64,000 nt of DNA from Candidatus Methylomirabilia bacterium (GTDB taxonomy: Bacteria; Methylomirabilota; Methylomirabilia; Rokubacteriales; CSP1-6), in contig JBGQEL010000002.1 of assembly GCA_041496385.1 (NCBI GenBank), forward strand, positions 14,543 through 78,542, read 5' to 3'. Both the position numbers and the translations under genes were made by a program. Shown here piece after piece: positions 37,830-49,238 of this stretch. The number at the start of each line of letters is the position of its first letter. The first letter of the stretch is position 1. The notes beneath the pieces are model-generated. The model was not told the origin of the DNA. It was given only the letters and a program-made list of their open reading frames with translations, and did no database searches.

Positions 37830-38182
37830 GCGTCCGGCAGCTTCTGCAGTGGCAGTGGTCCGACTACACCGCGAAGCATCGCAGCCGGGCGAACCTCCTC
37901 GTCCACATCGTCGCGGTGCCGCTGTTCCAGCTGGGAACCCTGCTCCTGGTGTACGCCGCCGTGCGGCGCGTGGGGGGCGCCGCCGTCCTGGGCGTCGCGT
38001 GCCTCGTCGCGTCGCTTTCGCTGCAGGGCCGTGGACACACGCTCGAGGCGGAGGCGCCCGAGCCGTTCCACGGGGCCGGGGACTTCGTGCGGCGCATTCT
38101 CGCCGAGCAATGGATCACGTTCCCCCGCTTCGTGCTGTCCGGCGGCTGGGCCCGCAACCTCAGGGACGCGCCCCACGCCTGA
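37826..38182 (+). CDS. Small membrane protein (Mpo1/DUF962-like)
   Basis: YTAKHRSRANLLVHIVAVPLF, QGRGHTLE, EQWITFPRFVLSG; ATGA overlap. Confidence 0.75.
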   Translation: MSVRQLLQWQWSDYTAKHRSRANLLVHIVAVPLFQLGTLLLVYAAVRRVGGAAVLGVACLVASLSLQGRGHTLEAEAPEPFHGAGDFVRRILAEQWITFPRFVLSGGWARNLRDAPHA

Positions 38183-38251
38183 CGCCCCCTCGACATGTGA
38201 GCGCGTTCGCCTTATCCTGTCGGGCATCCCCTCACCCGAAAGGAACGAGCG

Positions 38252-38599
38252 ATGAGCGTCAAGCGTCACGGTGTCGGTGCCCGGCTCTCCCAGGCGGTCG
38301 TCCACGACAACACGGTCTACCTCGCCGGGATGGTGGCCGGCGACCCCTCGGCGGACGCCAAGGGGCAGACCGAGCAGATCCTCAAGAAGATCGACGAGAC
38401 CCTCGCGGCCGTCGGCAGCCACAAGTCGAAGCTGCTCTCGGCCACCGTCTACGTCGCCAACATGGCGGTCTACAACGATATGAACGCCGCCTGGGACGCC
38501 TGGGTGGACAAGGCCAACACGCCGGCGCGGGCGACGGTCGAGGCGCGGCTCGCGTCGCCGAAATATCTCGTCGAGATCATGAGCGTCGCGGCCATCTAG
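38252..38599 (+). CDS. RidA/YjgF family protein (YoaB-like)
   Basis: VYLAGMV, MNAAWDAW, PARATVEARL, LVEI; upstream TCGACA-17-TATCCT promoter (38190-38218). Confidence 0.92.
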   Translation: MSVKRHGVGARLSQAVVHDNTVYLAGMVAGDPSADAKGQTEQILKKIDETLAAVGSHKSKLLSATVYVANMAVYNDMNAAWDAWVDKANTPARATVEARLASPKYLVEIMSVAAI

Positions 38600-38649
38600 C
38601 GCGCGCGCGCGCCCGCGCGCGCGCCGCCCCGAGGCACAAGGAGACCATC

Positions 38650-39837
38650 ATGCGTGAAGCCGTCATCGTCGCCAGCTCCCGGACGCCGCTCGCCAAGTCG
38701 GGGCGCGGCTCGTTCAACCTGACCCGGCCCGACGACCTCGCCGCCCACTGCATCAAGGACGTCCTCGGCAAGGTCCCGCAGCTCGATTCCAAGGAGGTCG
38801 AGGACGTGATCCTCGGCTGCGGCCAGCCGCACGGCGCCCAGGGCCACAACATCGCGCGCGTCGCGGCCGTCCGCTCGGGTCTGCCGGTGACGGTCGCGGG
38901 CCTCACCCTGAACCGCTTCTGCTCGTCCGGCCTCCAGGCGATCGCGATCGCGGCGAACTACGTCATGAACGACGGCGCCGACGTGATGATCGGCGGCGGC
39001 GTCGAATCGATCACGATGATGCAGCGGGACACGAGTCCGAATCCCTGGGTGAAGGAGCACTTCCCCGGGATCTACATGGCCATGGGCGACACGGCCGAGG
39101 TCGTGGCCAAGCGCTACAAGATCAGCCGCGAGGCCCAGGACCAGTACTCGCTCCTCTCCCAGCAGCGGACCGCGCGCGCCCAGCAGGAGGGCTTCTTCAA
39201 GGAGGAGATGGCGCCGATGCACGTCACGCGCGGCGTCCTGGACAAGAAGACGGGCGAGGTCGTGGGCAAGGAGGAGTCCTACGTCGAGAAGGACGAGTGC
39301 AACCGGGGCGACACGACGCTCGAGGGTCTGCTGAAGCTCCCGCCCGTCTTCGACAAGGACAGCGGCCAGGGCTCGGTGACGGCCGGCAACTCCTCGCAGC
39401 TCTCCGACGGCGCCTCCGCCACGCTCGTCATGTCCATGGACCGCGCGAAGGCGCTCGGCGTCAAGCCGAAGCTCATCTTCCGCGGCTTCGCGGTCGCCGG
39501 CTGCGAGCCCGACGAGATGGGCGTCGGCCCGGTCTTCGCGGTGCCGAAGCTTCTCGGGCGCCACGGCCTCAAGGTGTCCGACATCGGCGTGTGGGAGCTG
39601 AACGAGGCGTTCGCCTCGCAGGTCATCTACTGCCGCGACCGGCTCGGGCTGGATCCGGAGAAGCTGAACCGGAACGGCGGCTCGATCTCCATCGGCCACC
39701 CGTTCGGCATGACGGGCTCGCGCATGGTCGGCACGATCGCCAACGAGATGCTCCGCACCAAGGCGCGCTACGGCGTCGTGACCATGTGCATCGGCGGCGG
39801 CCAGGGCGCCGCGGGGCTCTTCGAGGCGTGTAACTAG
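38650..39837 (+). CDS. Acetyl-CoA C-acyltransferase (thiolase)
   Basis: NRFCSSG, ELNEAFA, GHPFGMTG, MCIGGGQG. Confidence 0.95.
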   Translation: MREAVIVASSRTPLAKSGRGSFNLTRPDDLAAHCIKDVLGKVPQLDSKEVEDVILGCGQPHGAQGHNIARVAAVRSGLPVTVAGLTLNRFCSSGLQAIAIAANYVMNDGADVMIGGGVESITMMQRDTSPNPWVKEHFPGIYMAMGDTAEVVAKRYKISREAQDQYSLLSQQRTARAQQEGFFKEEMAPMHVTRGVLDKKTGEVVGKEESYVEKDECNRGDTTLEGLLKLPPVFDKDSGQGSVTAGNSSQLSDGASATLVMSMDRAKALGVKPKLIFRGFAVAGCEPDEMGVGPVFAVPKLLGRHGLKVSDIGVWELNEAFASQVIYCRDRLGLDPEKLNRNGGSISIGHPFGMTGSRMVGTIANEMLRTKARYGVVTMCIGGGQGAAGLFEACN

Positions 39838-39870
39838 CGGCGCGCGCTCACGCCCGCCGGGTCGGTCGCA

Positions 39871-40230
39871 TCACCGGGACGCCAGGACGAGAAGAAGGGC
39901 GACGGCGCCCGGCAGCGCCTGAACCCAGAGAATCTTGCGGCCCACGGTGAGGGCGCCGAAGAGCCCGGCGACGACGACGCACGCGAGGAAGAAGAGCTCG
40001 ACCGCGACGCCCGCGGGGCCCATCGCCAGTCCCCAGACCAGTCCCGCCGCGAGGAAGCCGTTGTAGAGGCCCTGGTTCGCGGCCAGGGCTCGGGAGGCCT
40101 GCGCGAACTCGGGCGTGAGGCTGAACGTGCGGCGACCGAAGGGCTTGCTCCAGAGAAACATCTCGAGCACCAGGAAGTAGACGTGGAGCAGGGCCACCAG
40201 TAGGACGACGACGCTCGCCGCCGCGCGCAT
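39871..40230 (-). CDS. DUF1304 membrane protein
   Basis: HVYFLVLEMFLW, LAANQGLYNGFLAAGL, QALP. Confidence 0.88.
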   Translation of the reverse strand: MRAAASVVVLLVALLHVYFLVLEMFLWSKPFGRRTFSLTPEFAQASRALAANQGLYNGFLAAGLVWGLAMGPAGVAVELFFLACVVVAGLFGALTVGRKILWVQALPGAVALLLVLASR

Positions 40231-41273
40231 CACCCGGCCCTCGGGGCGAGGAGCGCCCAGGCGGACTCGGCGAGCGGGCGCGCCCGACGCCCGCGCTCGC
40301 GCGCGTTGGGGTCGTTGGCGGTGCCGGTGACGACGCGGCCCATGATCCCCTGCGCGATCGCGGCCAGCCGGAACATCGCGAACGCGAGGCAGAACTCCCA
40401 GTCGGGGATCCCCGCGCGCCCCGTGCGGCGGCAGTAGGCCGCGACGTACTCCTGCTCGCCCGGGATCCCGAGCTCCGCCAGGTTCTTGTCGGCGAGGCCC
40501 TCCCACTCACGCGTGAAGCGGTGGGGCAGGCAGTTGTAGGCGAGGTCGGCGAGCGGGTGGCCGAGCGTCGAGAGCTCCCAGTCGAGCACCGCGGCGACGC
40601 GCGGCTCGGTCGGATGGACGACGACGTTGCCGAGCCTGAAGTCGCCGTGGACGAGCGCCACCTCGTCTTCCGCGGGCAGGTGCTCGGGCAGCCACGCGAT
40701 CAGCCGCTCCATCGCCTCGATCTTCTCCGTCTCGGAGGCGCGGTACTGCTGCGTCCAGCGATGGATCTGGCGCGCGAAGTAGTTCCCGGGCTTCCCGAAA
40801 TCGGCGAGCCCGATCGCCCGCCAGTCCACCGTGTGCAGCCGCGCGATGACCTCGTTGAGCGAATCGTAGATGGCCGCGCGCTCGTGCCTGGACAGGCCCG
40901 GAATCGCCGGATCGGTGATGACGCGCCCGTGGACGCAGTCCATGACGTAGAACGCGGTGCCGATGACCGTGTCGTCCTCGCAGAGCGCGTACGTGCGCGG
41001 CACCGGAAACCCGGTCGTGCCGAGGGCCGTGATGACGCGGTACTCGCGATCCACCGCGTGCGCCGACGGCAGGAGCTTGCCCGGCGGCTTCCGGCGCAGG
41101 ACGTACTCCTTGCCGCCCGCCGCCAGGTAGTACGTCGGGTTCGACTGGCCACCCTGGAACTGCTGGACGTCGAGCACACCCGCGAATCCCTCGACGTGCA
41201 CGCGCATGTAGCGCGCGAGCGCGTCGACGTCGAAGCGGTGCTGCTCGCGGACGGGGGCCGTGGTCGAGATCAA
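40230..41273 (-). CDS. APH-family phosphotransferase (ACAD10/11 N-terminal-like)
   Basis: FQGGQSNPTY, AHAVDREY, HGDFRLGN, LDWELSTLGHPLADL. Confidence 0.92.
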   Translation of the reverse strand: MISTTAPVREQHRFDVDALARYMRVHVEGFAGVLDVQQFQGGQSNPTYYLAAGGKEYVLRRKPPGKLLPSAHAVDREYRVITALGTTGFPVPRTYALCEDDTVIGTAFYVMDCVHGRVITDPAIPGLSRHERAAIYDSLNEVIARLHTVDWRAIGLADFGKPGNYFARQIHRWTQQYRASETEKIEAMERLIAWLPEHLPAEDEVALVHGDFRLGNVVVHPTEPRVAAVLDWELSTLGHPLADLAYNCLPHRFTREWEGLADKNLAELGIPGEQEYVAAYCRRTGRAGIPDWEFCLAFAMFRLAAIAQGIMGRVVTGTANDPNARERGRRARPLAESAWALLAPRAG

Positions 41274-41341
41274 CGGGATCGCCTCCTGCGCGCGACAGTA
41301 TAATCCGACTCGACGTCCTTTTCCCCGCGAGAGGAGAGCGC

Positions 41342-41854
41342 ATGATCCGCGAGGTTCCCGGCCGCAGGCCGCGCGTCCACCCCGGCGCCTACGTCGACCC
41401 CCAGGCCGCCGTCATCGGCGACGTGACGATCGCGGAGGGCGCCAGCGTCTGGCCGTTCACGGTGCTGCGCGGCGACCAGGACAGCTACGTGCGGCTCGGC
41501 CGGAATTCGAACGTCCAGGACAACTCCGTGCTGCACGTGATGCCGGGCGTCCCGTGCGTCGTCGGCGACAACGTCACGATCGGCCACCGCGCCGTCGTCC
41601 ACGCGTGCACGATCATGGACAACTGCCGCATCGGTATCGGCGCCGTCGTGCTGAACGGCGCGGTGGTGGAGGAGGGCGCGCAGGTGGGCGCGGGCGCGCT
41701 CGTGCCTCCCGGCAAGGTCGTGCCCGCGGGCTGGCTCGTCATGGGCGTGCCGGCCAAGCCGGTGCGGAAGATGGAGCCCGACGAGCTGGAGGACATCCTG
41801 CGAAACGCGCAGGAGTACGTGGATCTCTGGCACCGCGACTACCGCGTGGGCTAG
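41342..41854 (+). CDS. Gamma-carbonic-anhydrase family protein (YrdA/CaiE-like)
   Basis: VLRGD, SNVQDNSVLH, TIGHRAVVHAC hexapeptide repeats. Confidence 0.93.
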   Translation: MIREVPGRRPRVHPGAYVDPQAAVIGDVTIAEGASVWPFTVLRGDQDSYVRLGRNSNVQDNSVLHVMPGVPCVVGDNVTIGHRAVVHACTIMDNCRIGIGAVVLNGAVVEEGAQVGAGALVPPGKVVPAGWLVMGVPAKPVRKMEPDELEDILRNAQEYVDLWHRDYRVG

Positions 41855-41859
41855 CGGTC

Positions 41860-42025
41860 CGTCGCGGGTGGCCGGGCCGGGCGCCGTAGGGGTCGACGGA
41901 CCACGCGGCACGCGCTCGCCGTCCCGCTGTGACTGGGCTCCATCCGGGCACGCGTAGCCCCGCCGCCGCGCGGCGGGAACGAGTCCTTTCGACCCCTACG
42001 GCGCCCGGCCCGGCCACCCGCGACG
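41860..42025. mobile_element. MITE/REP-like element with 37-bp perfect terminal inverted repeats
   Basis: cgtcgcgggtggccgggccgggcgccgtaggggtcga (41860-41896) and its exact reverse complement (41989-42025), between convergent genes. Confidence 0.6.
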
Positions 42026-42043
42026 AGCGCGATCCGAGCGGGA

Positions 42044-43504
42044 CTAGAGGTCGCGCGGAAGTCGCGGCGGCTCGGCGCAGGCGCGCTCGATCTCGTCCAC
42101 GGTCTTCGGCGTCCCCGCGGTGAGCACCTCGGTGCCGCCGGCCGTGACGAGCAGATCGTCCTCGATGCGGATGCCGATCCCGCGAAACTCCTTCGGAATC
42201 GGATGCACGAGCTTCTCGGCCTTGGCCTTTTCCTCGTCCTCGAGGCGCTTGGCGGCCGCCATGCCGAGCCGGAGGCGCCGCTCCCACATCTCCTCCTCGC
42301 TGTACTCGCGGAGGTAGAAGGTCGCGGTCTCGCGCTCGGCGTCGACGTAGAGGCCGGGCTCGACGGTGAAGACCATACCCGGCTCGAGGGCGCGCGACTT
42401 TCCGTCGATCCGGTAGTCGCCGACGTCGTGGACGTCCATGCCGAGCCAGTGACCGGTGCCGTGCATGTAGAACTCGCGGTAGTGGTGCATCGCGAGCGTG
42501 TCGTCGAGGCCGCGCGGCACGAGGCCGAGCGCCACGAGCCCCTCGGCGAGCACGCGCCGCGCCGCCTCGTGCACCGCCTCGTAACGGCCGCCCGGCTGCG
42601 CCGCGGCGATGCCCGTGAGCTGCGCGCGCAGGACGATCTCGTAGATCGCGTGCTGCGCGGCGGTGAAGCGCCCGCTGACGGGGAAGGTGCGCGTGATGTC
42701 GGCCGAGTGGTAGCCGTACTCGCAGCCCGCGTCGATCAGCAGGAGGTCGCCGTCCGCCAGCCGCCGCGTGTTCTCGGTGTAGTGGAGGATGCAGGCGTTG
42801 GGCCCCGACGCGACGATGGACGGGTAGCCGTTGCGCGGCGAGCCGCTGGCGCGGAAGACGAACTCGAGCGCCGCCTGCACCTGGTACTCGTAGAGCCCCG
42901 GCCGCGCGTAGCGCATCGCCTCGACGTGCGCGTCGCGGCTGATCTCGCAGGCGCGGCGGTGGCGCGCGAGCTCGGCGGGCGAGCGGCGCAGGCGAAGCTC
43001 GTGGAGGAGCGGGCCCGGGTCCTCGACGCGCACCGGCGCGGCGAAGCCGCGGGCGCGCGCCAGGCGCAGCTCGGCGATCAGCCTCGTGATCCGCCCGTCG
43101 AACGCGCCCTGGCCGAGGCGATAGTAGAGCGTCGGCCGGTCGATGAGGTATTCGCGCAGCTTCTCGTCGAGCTTCTCGATCGGATAGGCGGCGTCGGCGC
43201 CATAGGTCGCGACGGCGCCCTCGACGCCGGCGCGCCGGCCGTTCCAGATCTCCATCTCGCGGTCGCGCGGACGGACGAAGAGGACGTAGCGCTCCTTGGC
43301 GTGGGCCGGGTTGATCACGGCGACGGCGTCGGGCTCGTCGAAGCCCGTGAGGAAGAAGAAATCCGAGCTCTGGCGGAACTCGTGGTTCACGTCGCCGTTG
43401 CGCCGGACCTCCGGCGCGCCGGGGACGATCGCGATCGCGTCGCCGAGCGCCGCCGCGAAGCGGAGACGGCGCTCACCGAAGGGCGCCAGGTCGGGAGTCG
43501 CCAT
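42044..43504 (-). CDS. pepP: Xaa-Pro aminopeptidase
   Basis: FRQSSDFFFLTGF, LIDAGCE, ADITRT, HGTGHWLGMDVHD, TVEPGLY, GIRIEDD. Start could be 43513. Confidence 0.93.
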   Translation of the reverse strand: MATPDLAPFGERRLRFAAALGDAIAIVPGAPEVRRNGDVNHEFRQSSDFFFLTGFDEPDAVAVINPAHAKERYVLFVRPRDREMEIWNGRRAGVEGAVATYGADAAYPIEKLDEKLREYLIDRPTLYYRLGQGAFDGRITRLIAELRLARARGFAAPVRVEDPGPLLHELRLRRSPAELARHRRACEISRDAHVEAMRYARPGLYEYQVQAALEFVFRASGSPRNGYPSIVASGPNACILHYTENTRRLADGDLLLIDAGCEYGYHSADITRTFPVSGRFTAAQHAIYEIVLRAQLTGIAAAQPGGRYEAVHEAARRVLAEGLVALGLVPRGLDDTLAMHHYREFYMHGTGHWLGMDVHDVGDYRIDGKSRALEPGMVFTVEPGLYVDAERETATFYLREYSEEEMWERRLRLGMAAAKRLEDEEKAKAEKLVHPIPKEFRGIGIRIEDDLLVTAGGTEVLTAGTPKTVDEIERACAEPPRLPRDL

Positions 43505-43533
43505 ACGCGGCATAGGGTATCATGCGGAACGCG

Positions 43534-45779
43534 ATGATCGGAGCCAGCCACCCGCGCCTCGGCGGCGAGCGTCTCGTGACCGGCCGCGGCCGGTTCGTCG
43601 CCGACGTCCGGCCGCCGGGCCTGCTCGAGGCGGCGGTGCTCCGGTCGCCGTACGCCCACGCGCGCGTGCAACGCGTGGACGCCTCGCGGGCGCTGCGACT
43701 GCGCGGCGTGCGCGCCGTCCTCACCGCCGCGGACGTGCCCGCGAACGCCATCATTCCCAACCGCGTGCCCGCGCCCGACGGCGCGGCGCGCTATCTCCAG
43801 CCCGCGATCGCGCGCGACGTCGCCCGCTACGCGGGCGAGCCCGTCGCGCTCGTCGTGGCCGACGACCGGTACGTCGCCGCGGACGCGCTGGAGCTGATCC
43901 GCGTGGACTGGGCGCCGCTCCCCGCGTGCGCGACCGTGGCCGCCGCGCTCGCGCCCGACGCGCCGCGGCTCTTCGCCGGCACCGACGGCAACAACGTCGC
44001 GACGATCCGGATGCGGGTCGGCGACGCCGGCGCGGCGCTGGCCGCCGCGCACCTCGTCGTCCGCGACCGCTTCCGCCACCCGCGGCAGACGGCGGCCGCC
44101 CTCGAGACGCGCGGGCTCGTCGCCGTGCCGCCCGATCCGCGCGGCGGCGAGCTGCACCTGATCGGCTCGACCAAGTGCATCCACATCAACCGCGGCATCC
44201 TCGCGCCGATCTTCGGGATCCCGCCCGGCGCGCTGCGCCTCACCGAGGTGGACGTGGGCGGCGGCTTCGGCGTCCGAGGCGAGCTCTACCCGGAGGACAT
44301 CCTCGTCCCGCTCGCCGCGCTCAAGCTCGGCCGGCCCGTCCGCTGGATCGAGGAGCGTCGCGAGAACCTCGTCGCGGCGAACCACGCGCGCGATACCGAG
44401 TACGACCTCGAGATCGGGCTCGACGCCGCCGGACACATCCTCGTGATGCGGGCCGTGATCCACGCCGACATCGGCGCGTACGTGCGGACGGCGGCGCTGG
44501 TGCCCGCCGAGTTCGGCGCGGCGCTCCTGCCCGGGCCGTACCGCGTGCCGGCGTACGCGTGCGACCTCTGGAGCGTCGTGACGAACAAGACGCCCGTCGG
44601 CACGCTCCGCTCGCCCGGCCGGCCCGAGTGCAACTTCGCGCGCGAGCGGCTGCTGGACGTCGCGGCCGCGCGGCTCGGGCTGGACCCGGCCGAGATCAGG
44701 CGGCGGAACCTCATCCGCCCGGAGGAGATGCCGTACGAGACGGGGACGACGTCCTTCGGGGCCACGACCGTCTACGACTCGGGCGATTTTCCCGCCCTCT
44801 TCGACGAGCTGCTGAAGCGGCTCGACTACGACGGTGCGCGCAACGCGCAACGCGCGCTGGCCGCGCGTGGCGTGCGGCGCGGCATCGGGCTGGCCGCCTA
44901 CGTCGAGAAGACCGGGCTCGGGCCGTTCGAGACCGCGCACGTGGAGGCGAAGTCGGACGGCACCTTCACCGTGGACACCGGGGCCTCGTCCATGGGGCCG
45001 GGGCTCGAGACCGTGCTGGCGCAGATCCTCGGCGAGGCGCTCGGCCTGCCGGCGGACCGCTTCGTCGTCCGGCACCCGGACACGGCGGCCATCGAGAGCG
45101 GCGTGGGCACCTACGGCTCGCGCGGCACGGTGATGGCGGGCAACGCCGCGCACCTCGCCGCCGCCCGGCTCGTCGAGGAGGCGCGCACGCGTGCCGCGGC
45201 GCTGCTCGGCGCGCCCGCGGACGAGATCTTCTATGCGCGCGGCGTCCTCGGCCGGGGCGCCCGGCGCGTCAGCCTCGCCGAGCTGGCCGCGCACGGGCCG
45301 CTGGCCGCCGGCGCCTCGTTCACCGTCGCCAAGGTCACGTACGCCGGCTGCGCCGTCGCCGTCGTGCTCGACGTGGACGAGGCGACGGGACAGGTGCGCC
45401 TGCGGCGCGTCGTGGTCGGCGCCGACGTAGGCCGCGCGGTCAATCCGGCGCTGATCGAGGGCCAGCTCGTCGGCGGCGTCGCATTCGGCATCGGCAACGC
45501 GCTGCACGAGAGCCTCGAGTACGACGCGGCGGGTCAGCCGCTCTGCGGCAGCCTCCTCGACTACGCGCTGCCGCTCGCGGGCGACGTGCCGCCGATCGAG
45601 GGCTTCTTCCAGGAGATCGCCGCGCGGACCAATCCGCTCGGGCTGCGCGGCCTCGGCGAGTGCGGCAACCCCGGCCTCGGCGCGGCGATCGCCAACGCCG
45701 TCTGCGACGCGTTTCGCGACCGCGGCGTCGCGCTGACCGCGCTCCCGCTCACGCCCGCGCGGGTTCGCGCGGCGCTCGG

Positions 45780-45783
<4 letters not shown>
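43534..45783 (+). CDS. Xanthine dehydrogenase/CoxL-family molybdopterin-binding subunit (stand-alone)
   Basis: TGRGRFVAD, RSPYAHA, VGGGFG, GTYGSRG, GQLVGG, RGLGE. Confidence 0.9.
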
Positions 45784-46479
<696 letters not shown>

Positions 46480-46487
<8 letters not shown>

Positions 46488-48282
46488 GCGACGTCTCCAC
46501 CGCCGAGCCGAGATACGCCTCGATCACCTTCGGGTCCTGCTGGACCTCCTTCGTCGTGCCCTCGGCGATCTTCTCGCCGAAATCGAGGACCGTCACGACA
46601 TCGGAGATGCCCATGATGAGCTCCATGTGGTGCTCGATGACGACCTGCGTGACGCCGGCCGCGCGGATGTCGCGGATGATCTTGGAGAGGTGGTGAAGCT
46701 CCGTCGGGTTGACGCCAGCCGCGGGCTCGTCGAGCAGCAGGAGCCGCGGGCGCACCGCGAGCGCGCGCGCGATCTCGAGCAGCCGCTGCTGGCCGTACGA
46801 GAGGTTCTGCGCGATCTCTTGCGCGCGATCTGCGATCCCGACGACCTCCAGGAGCGCCATCGCCTTCCGGCGGAACACCGCCTCCTCCTCCACCGCGCCG
46901 CGCGTCCGGAGCAGGTGCGCGACGAGACCTGCGCGCAGATGAAGGTGGAAGCCGGCCATCACGTTCTCGAGCACGCTGAGGTCGCCGAAGAGGCGGATCG
47001 ACTGAAACGTGCGCGTGACGCCGAGCGCGGCCATACGGTGAGGCGAGGTACCGGCGACCGCCGTCCCCTCGAACTCCACCGCGCCGCTCGAGGGCTCGTA
47101 GAGGCCGGTCAGCACGTTCACGAACGTGGACTTGCCCGAGCCGTTCGGTCCGATGAGGCCGTGGACGACGCCGGGGCGTACGGCGAGCGTCACCCGGTTG
47201 AGTGCCCGGATGCCGCCGAAGTTGCGGCTCAGGTCGCGCACGGCCATCACCGGGCGTTCCCCGTCGCCCGCGACGGCGAAGACGAACGCGGCGCGGTCGG
47301 GCTCGATCGCCGCCGGCGGGCGGCGGAAGCGTTGCCACACGCGCATCTTGAGCACGCTGCCGACGATCCCGTCCGGTAGGAAGACGATCGTCACGAGGAT
47401 GATCCCGCCGTAGATGTAGAGGTGATACTCGTGCAGCTTCGCGAAGATCGTCGGGATCAGGTTGAGGATCACGCTCCCGACGAGCGGGCCGTAGAGCGTG
47501 CCGCTCCCGCCCATCAGCACCGACGTCAGCAGCGAGACCGACAGGCCGAACACGAACGTGTCGCTGTTGATGAAGCCGTTCTGGTGGGCGAAGAAGACGC
47601 CGCCGATCCCCGCGTACACCGAGCTGATCACGAAGGCCAGGACCTTCCAGCGGTACACGTTGATCCCGACCGTCTCCGCCGCGACCTCGCTGCCGCGGAG
47701 GGCCAGCAGCGTGCGCCCGACGCGCCCCGTCAAGAGATTGTTCGCGAGCAGCTGGCAGACGATCGCCGTTCCGGCGATCAGCCAGAAATACTGGGTCGGG
47801 CTGAGCTCTGCGCCGCCGGGGAGCTTCGGCCCGGGGATGCCCATGATTCCCATCGGCCCGCCGGTGAGGCTCCAGCGGTTCGCGGTCACCTCGGCCATGA
47901 AGCCGAACGCGACCGTGACCATCGCCAGGTATGGGCCCTTGGCGCGGAGCGACGGCAGCGCCAGGAGCGCGCCGAAGACGCCAGCCAGGACGACGCCGGC
48001 GGGGGCGCTCAGCCAGAAGGGCCAGCCGAGCCTCGTCGTCGCGAGCGCCGACGTGTACGCGCCGACGGCGTAGAGCCCCGCGTGGCCGAGCGAGATCTGG
48101 CCCGTCCAGCCGACGAGGATGTCGAGGCCGAGCGTCGCGATGTAGAGGTACGCGAGCGACTGCAGCACGAGGATGAAGAACGGGTCCGCCAGAATCAGCG
48201 GGAGCGCCGCGACGCCAAGGGCAACGACGAGAAGCATCCCCCAGTGGCGGGGGCCCGTGTGGGCGAAGACCGGCGGGCGCAC
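46480..48282 (-). CDS. Fused LivM permease and LivG ATPase
   Basis: GQISLGHAG, YLAMVT permease motifs, then GPNGSGKST, LSYGQQRLLEIARAL, LLDEPAAG. Confidence 0.9.
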
Positions 48283-48283
48283 G

Positions 48284-49171
48284 CTAGACCTTCTCGACGT
48301 CCTTCTTGCCCATGAGACCCGTCGGCCGCAGAGCCAGGATCAACAAAATGAACAGGAAGGTGATGCCTTCCTTCAGGTTCGAGCTGATGACGCCGAAGAA
48401 CTGCTCGAGCAGGCCGATCACGAGGCCGCCGATGAGAATGCCGATCGGGTTCTCGAGGCCGCCAAAGATCGCCGCGGCGAACGCCTTGATGCCGGGCACG
48501 GTGCCCATGTACGCCCACGCGAAGGTGATCGGCGCGATCAGGACCCCCCCGAGCCCCGCCATGGCGGACGAGATGACGAACGCGAGCACGATCATCCGCT
48601 GCACGTTGATCCCCATCACCGCCGCGGCGTTCCGGTTGTGGGCGACGGCGGTGAGCGCCTTACCGAGGACGGCGCGCTTGAGAAAGATCTGGACGAGCAG
48701 CACGGTGCCGATGGCGGCGACGATGATGAAGAGCTCCTGGGGGAAGATGCCGGCCTGGCCGAACCGGAGGACCGTGTCGCCGAAGGGCGACGGGAACTTG
48801 ATCTGCTCGGGCCCCCAGAGCTGCACCGCCGCGTTTTTCAGAATGATGCTGACGGCGACCGTGGAGAGCACCCACGACAGCGAGAGCGCGTGGCGGAGGA
48901 CGGGGCGAATCGCCACGCGTTCGAGGCCGACGCCCATGAGCCCGACGAGCAGCACCGCGCCCCCGATCGCGACCGCGTACGGCAGGCCCAGCGTCACATA
49001 ACATGTGAGACCGAAGAGCGCGCCTATCATCAGGAACTCGCCCTGGCCGAAGTTGAGCGCGCCCGTGGTGATGAAGGTGACGTAGTAGCCCTGGGCGATC
49101 AGCGCATACACGCTACCGACGGAGAGGCCGCTCACGAGGGCCTGCCAGAGCTTGACGAGTAGAGCGTCCAT
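48284..49171 (-). CDS. livH: Branched-chain amino acid-type ABC permease
   Basis: GSVYALIAQG, LNFGQGEF, KAFAAAIFGG, RPTGLMG. Confidence 0.9.
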   Translation of the reverse strand: MDALLVKLWQALVSGLSVGSVYALIAQGYYVTFITTGALNFGQGEFLMIGALFGLTCYVTLGLPYAVAIGGAVLLVGLMGVGLERVAIRPVLRHALSLSWVLSTVAVSIILKNAAVQLWGPEQIKFPSPFGDTVLRFGQAGIFPQELFIIVAAIGTVLLVQIFLKRAVLGKALTAVAHNRNAAAVMGINVQRMIVLAFVISSAMAGLGGVLIAPITFAWAYMGTVPGIKAFAAAIFGGLENPIGILIGGLVIGLLEQFFGVISSNLKEGITFLFILLILALRPTGLMGKKDVEKV

Positions 49172-49238
49172 GGGTCCCGGGTGACGCGACGGGGCCGCCG
49201 CGGGGCAGCCCCGCCGTCCGAGGGTCGCCGGCGACGGG

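Noticed and set aside
49172-49238. GC-rich hairpin between the livK-like and livH genes as an ncRNA
   Set aside because: Short imperfect stem, typical of the mRNA-stabilising hairpins found after binding-protein genes.
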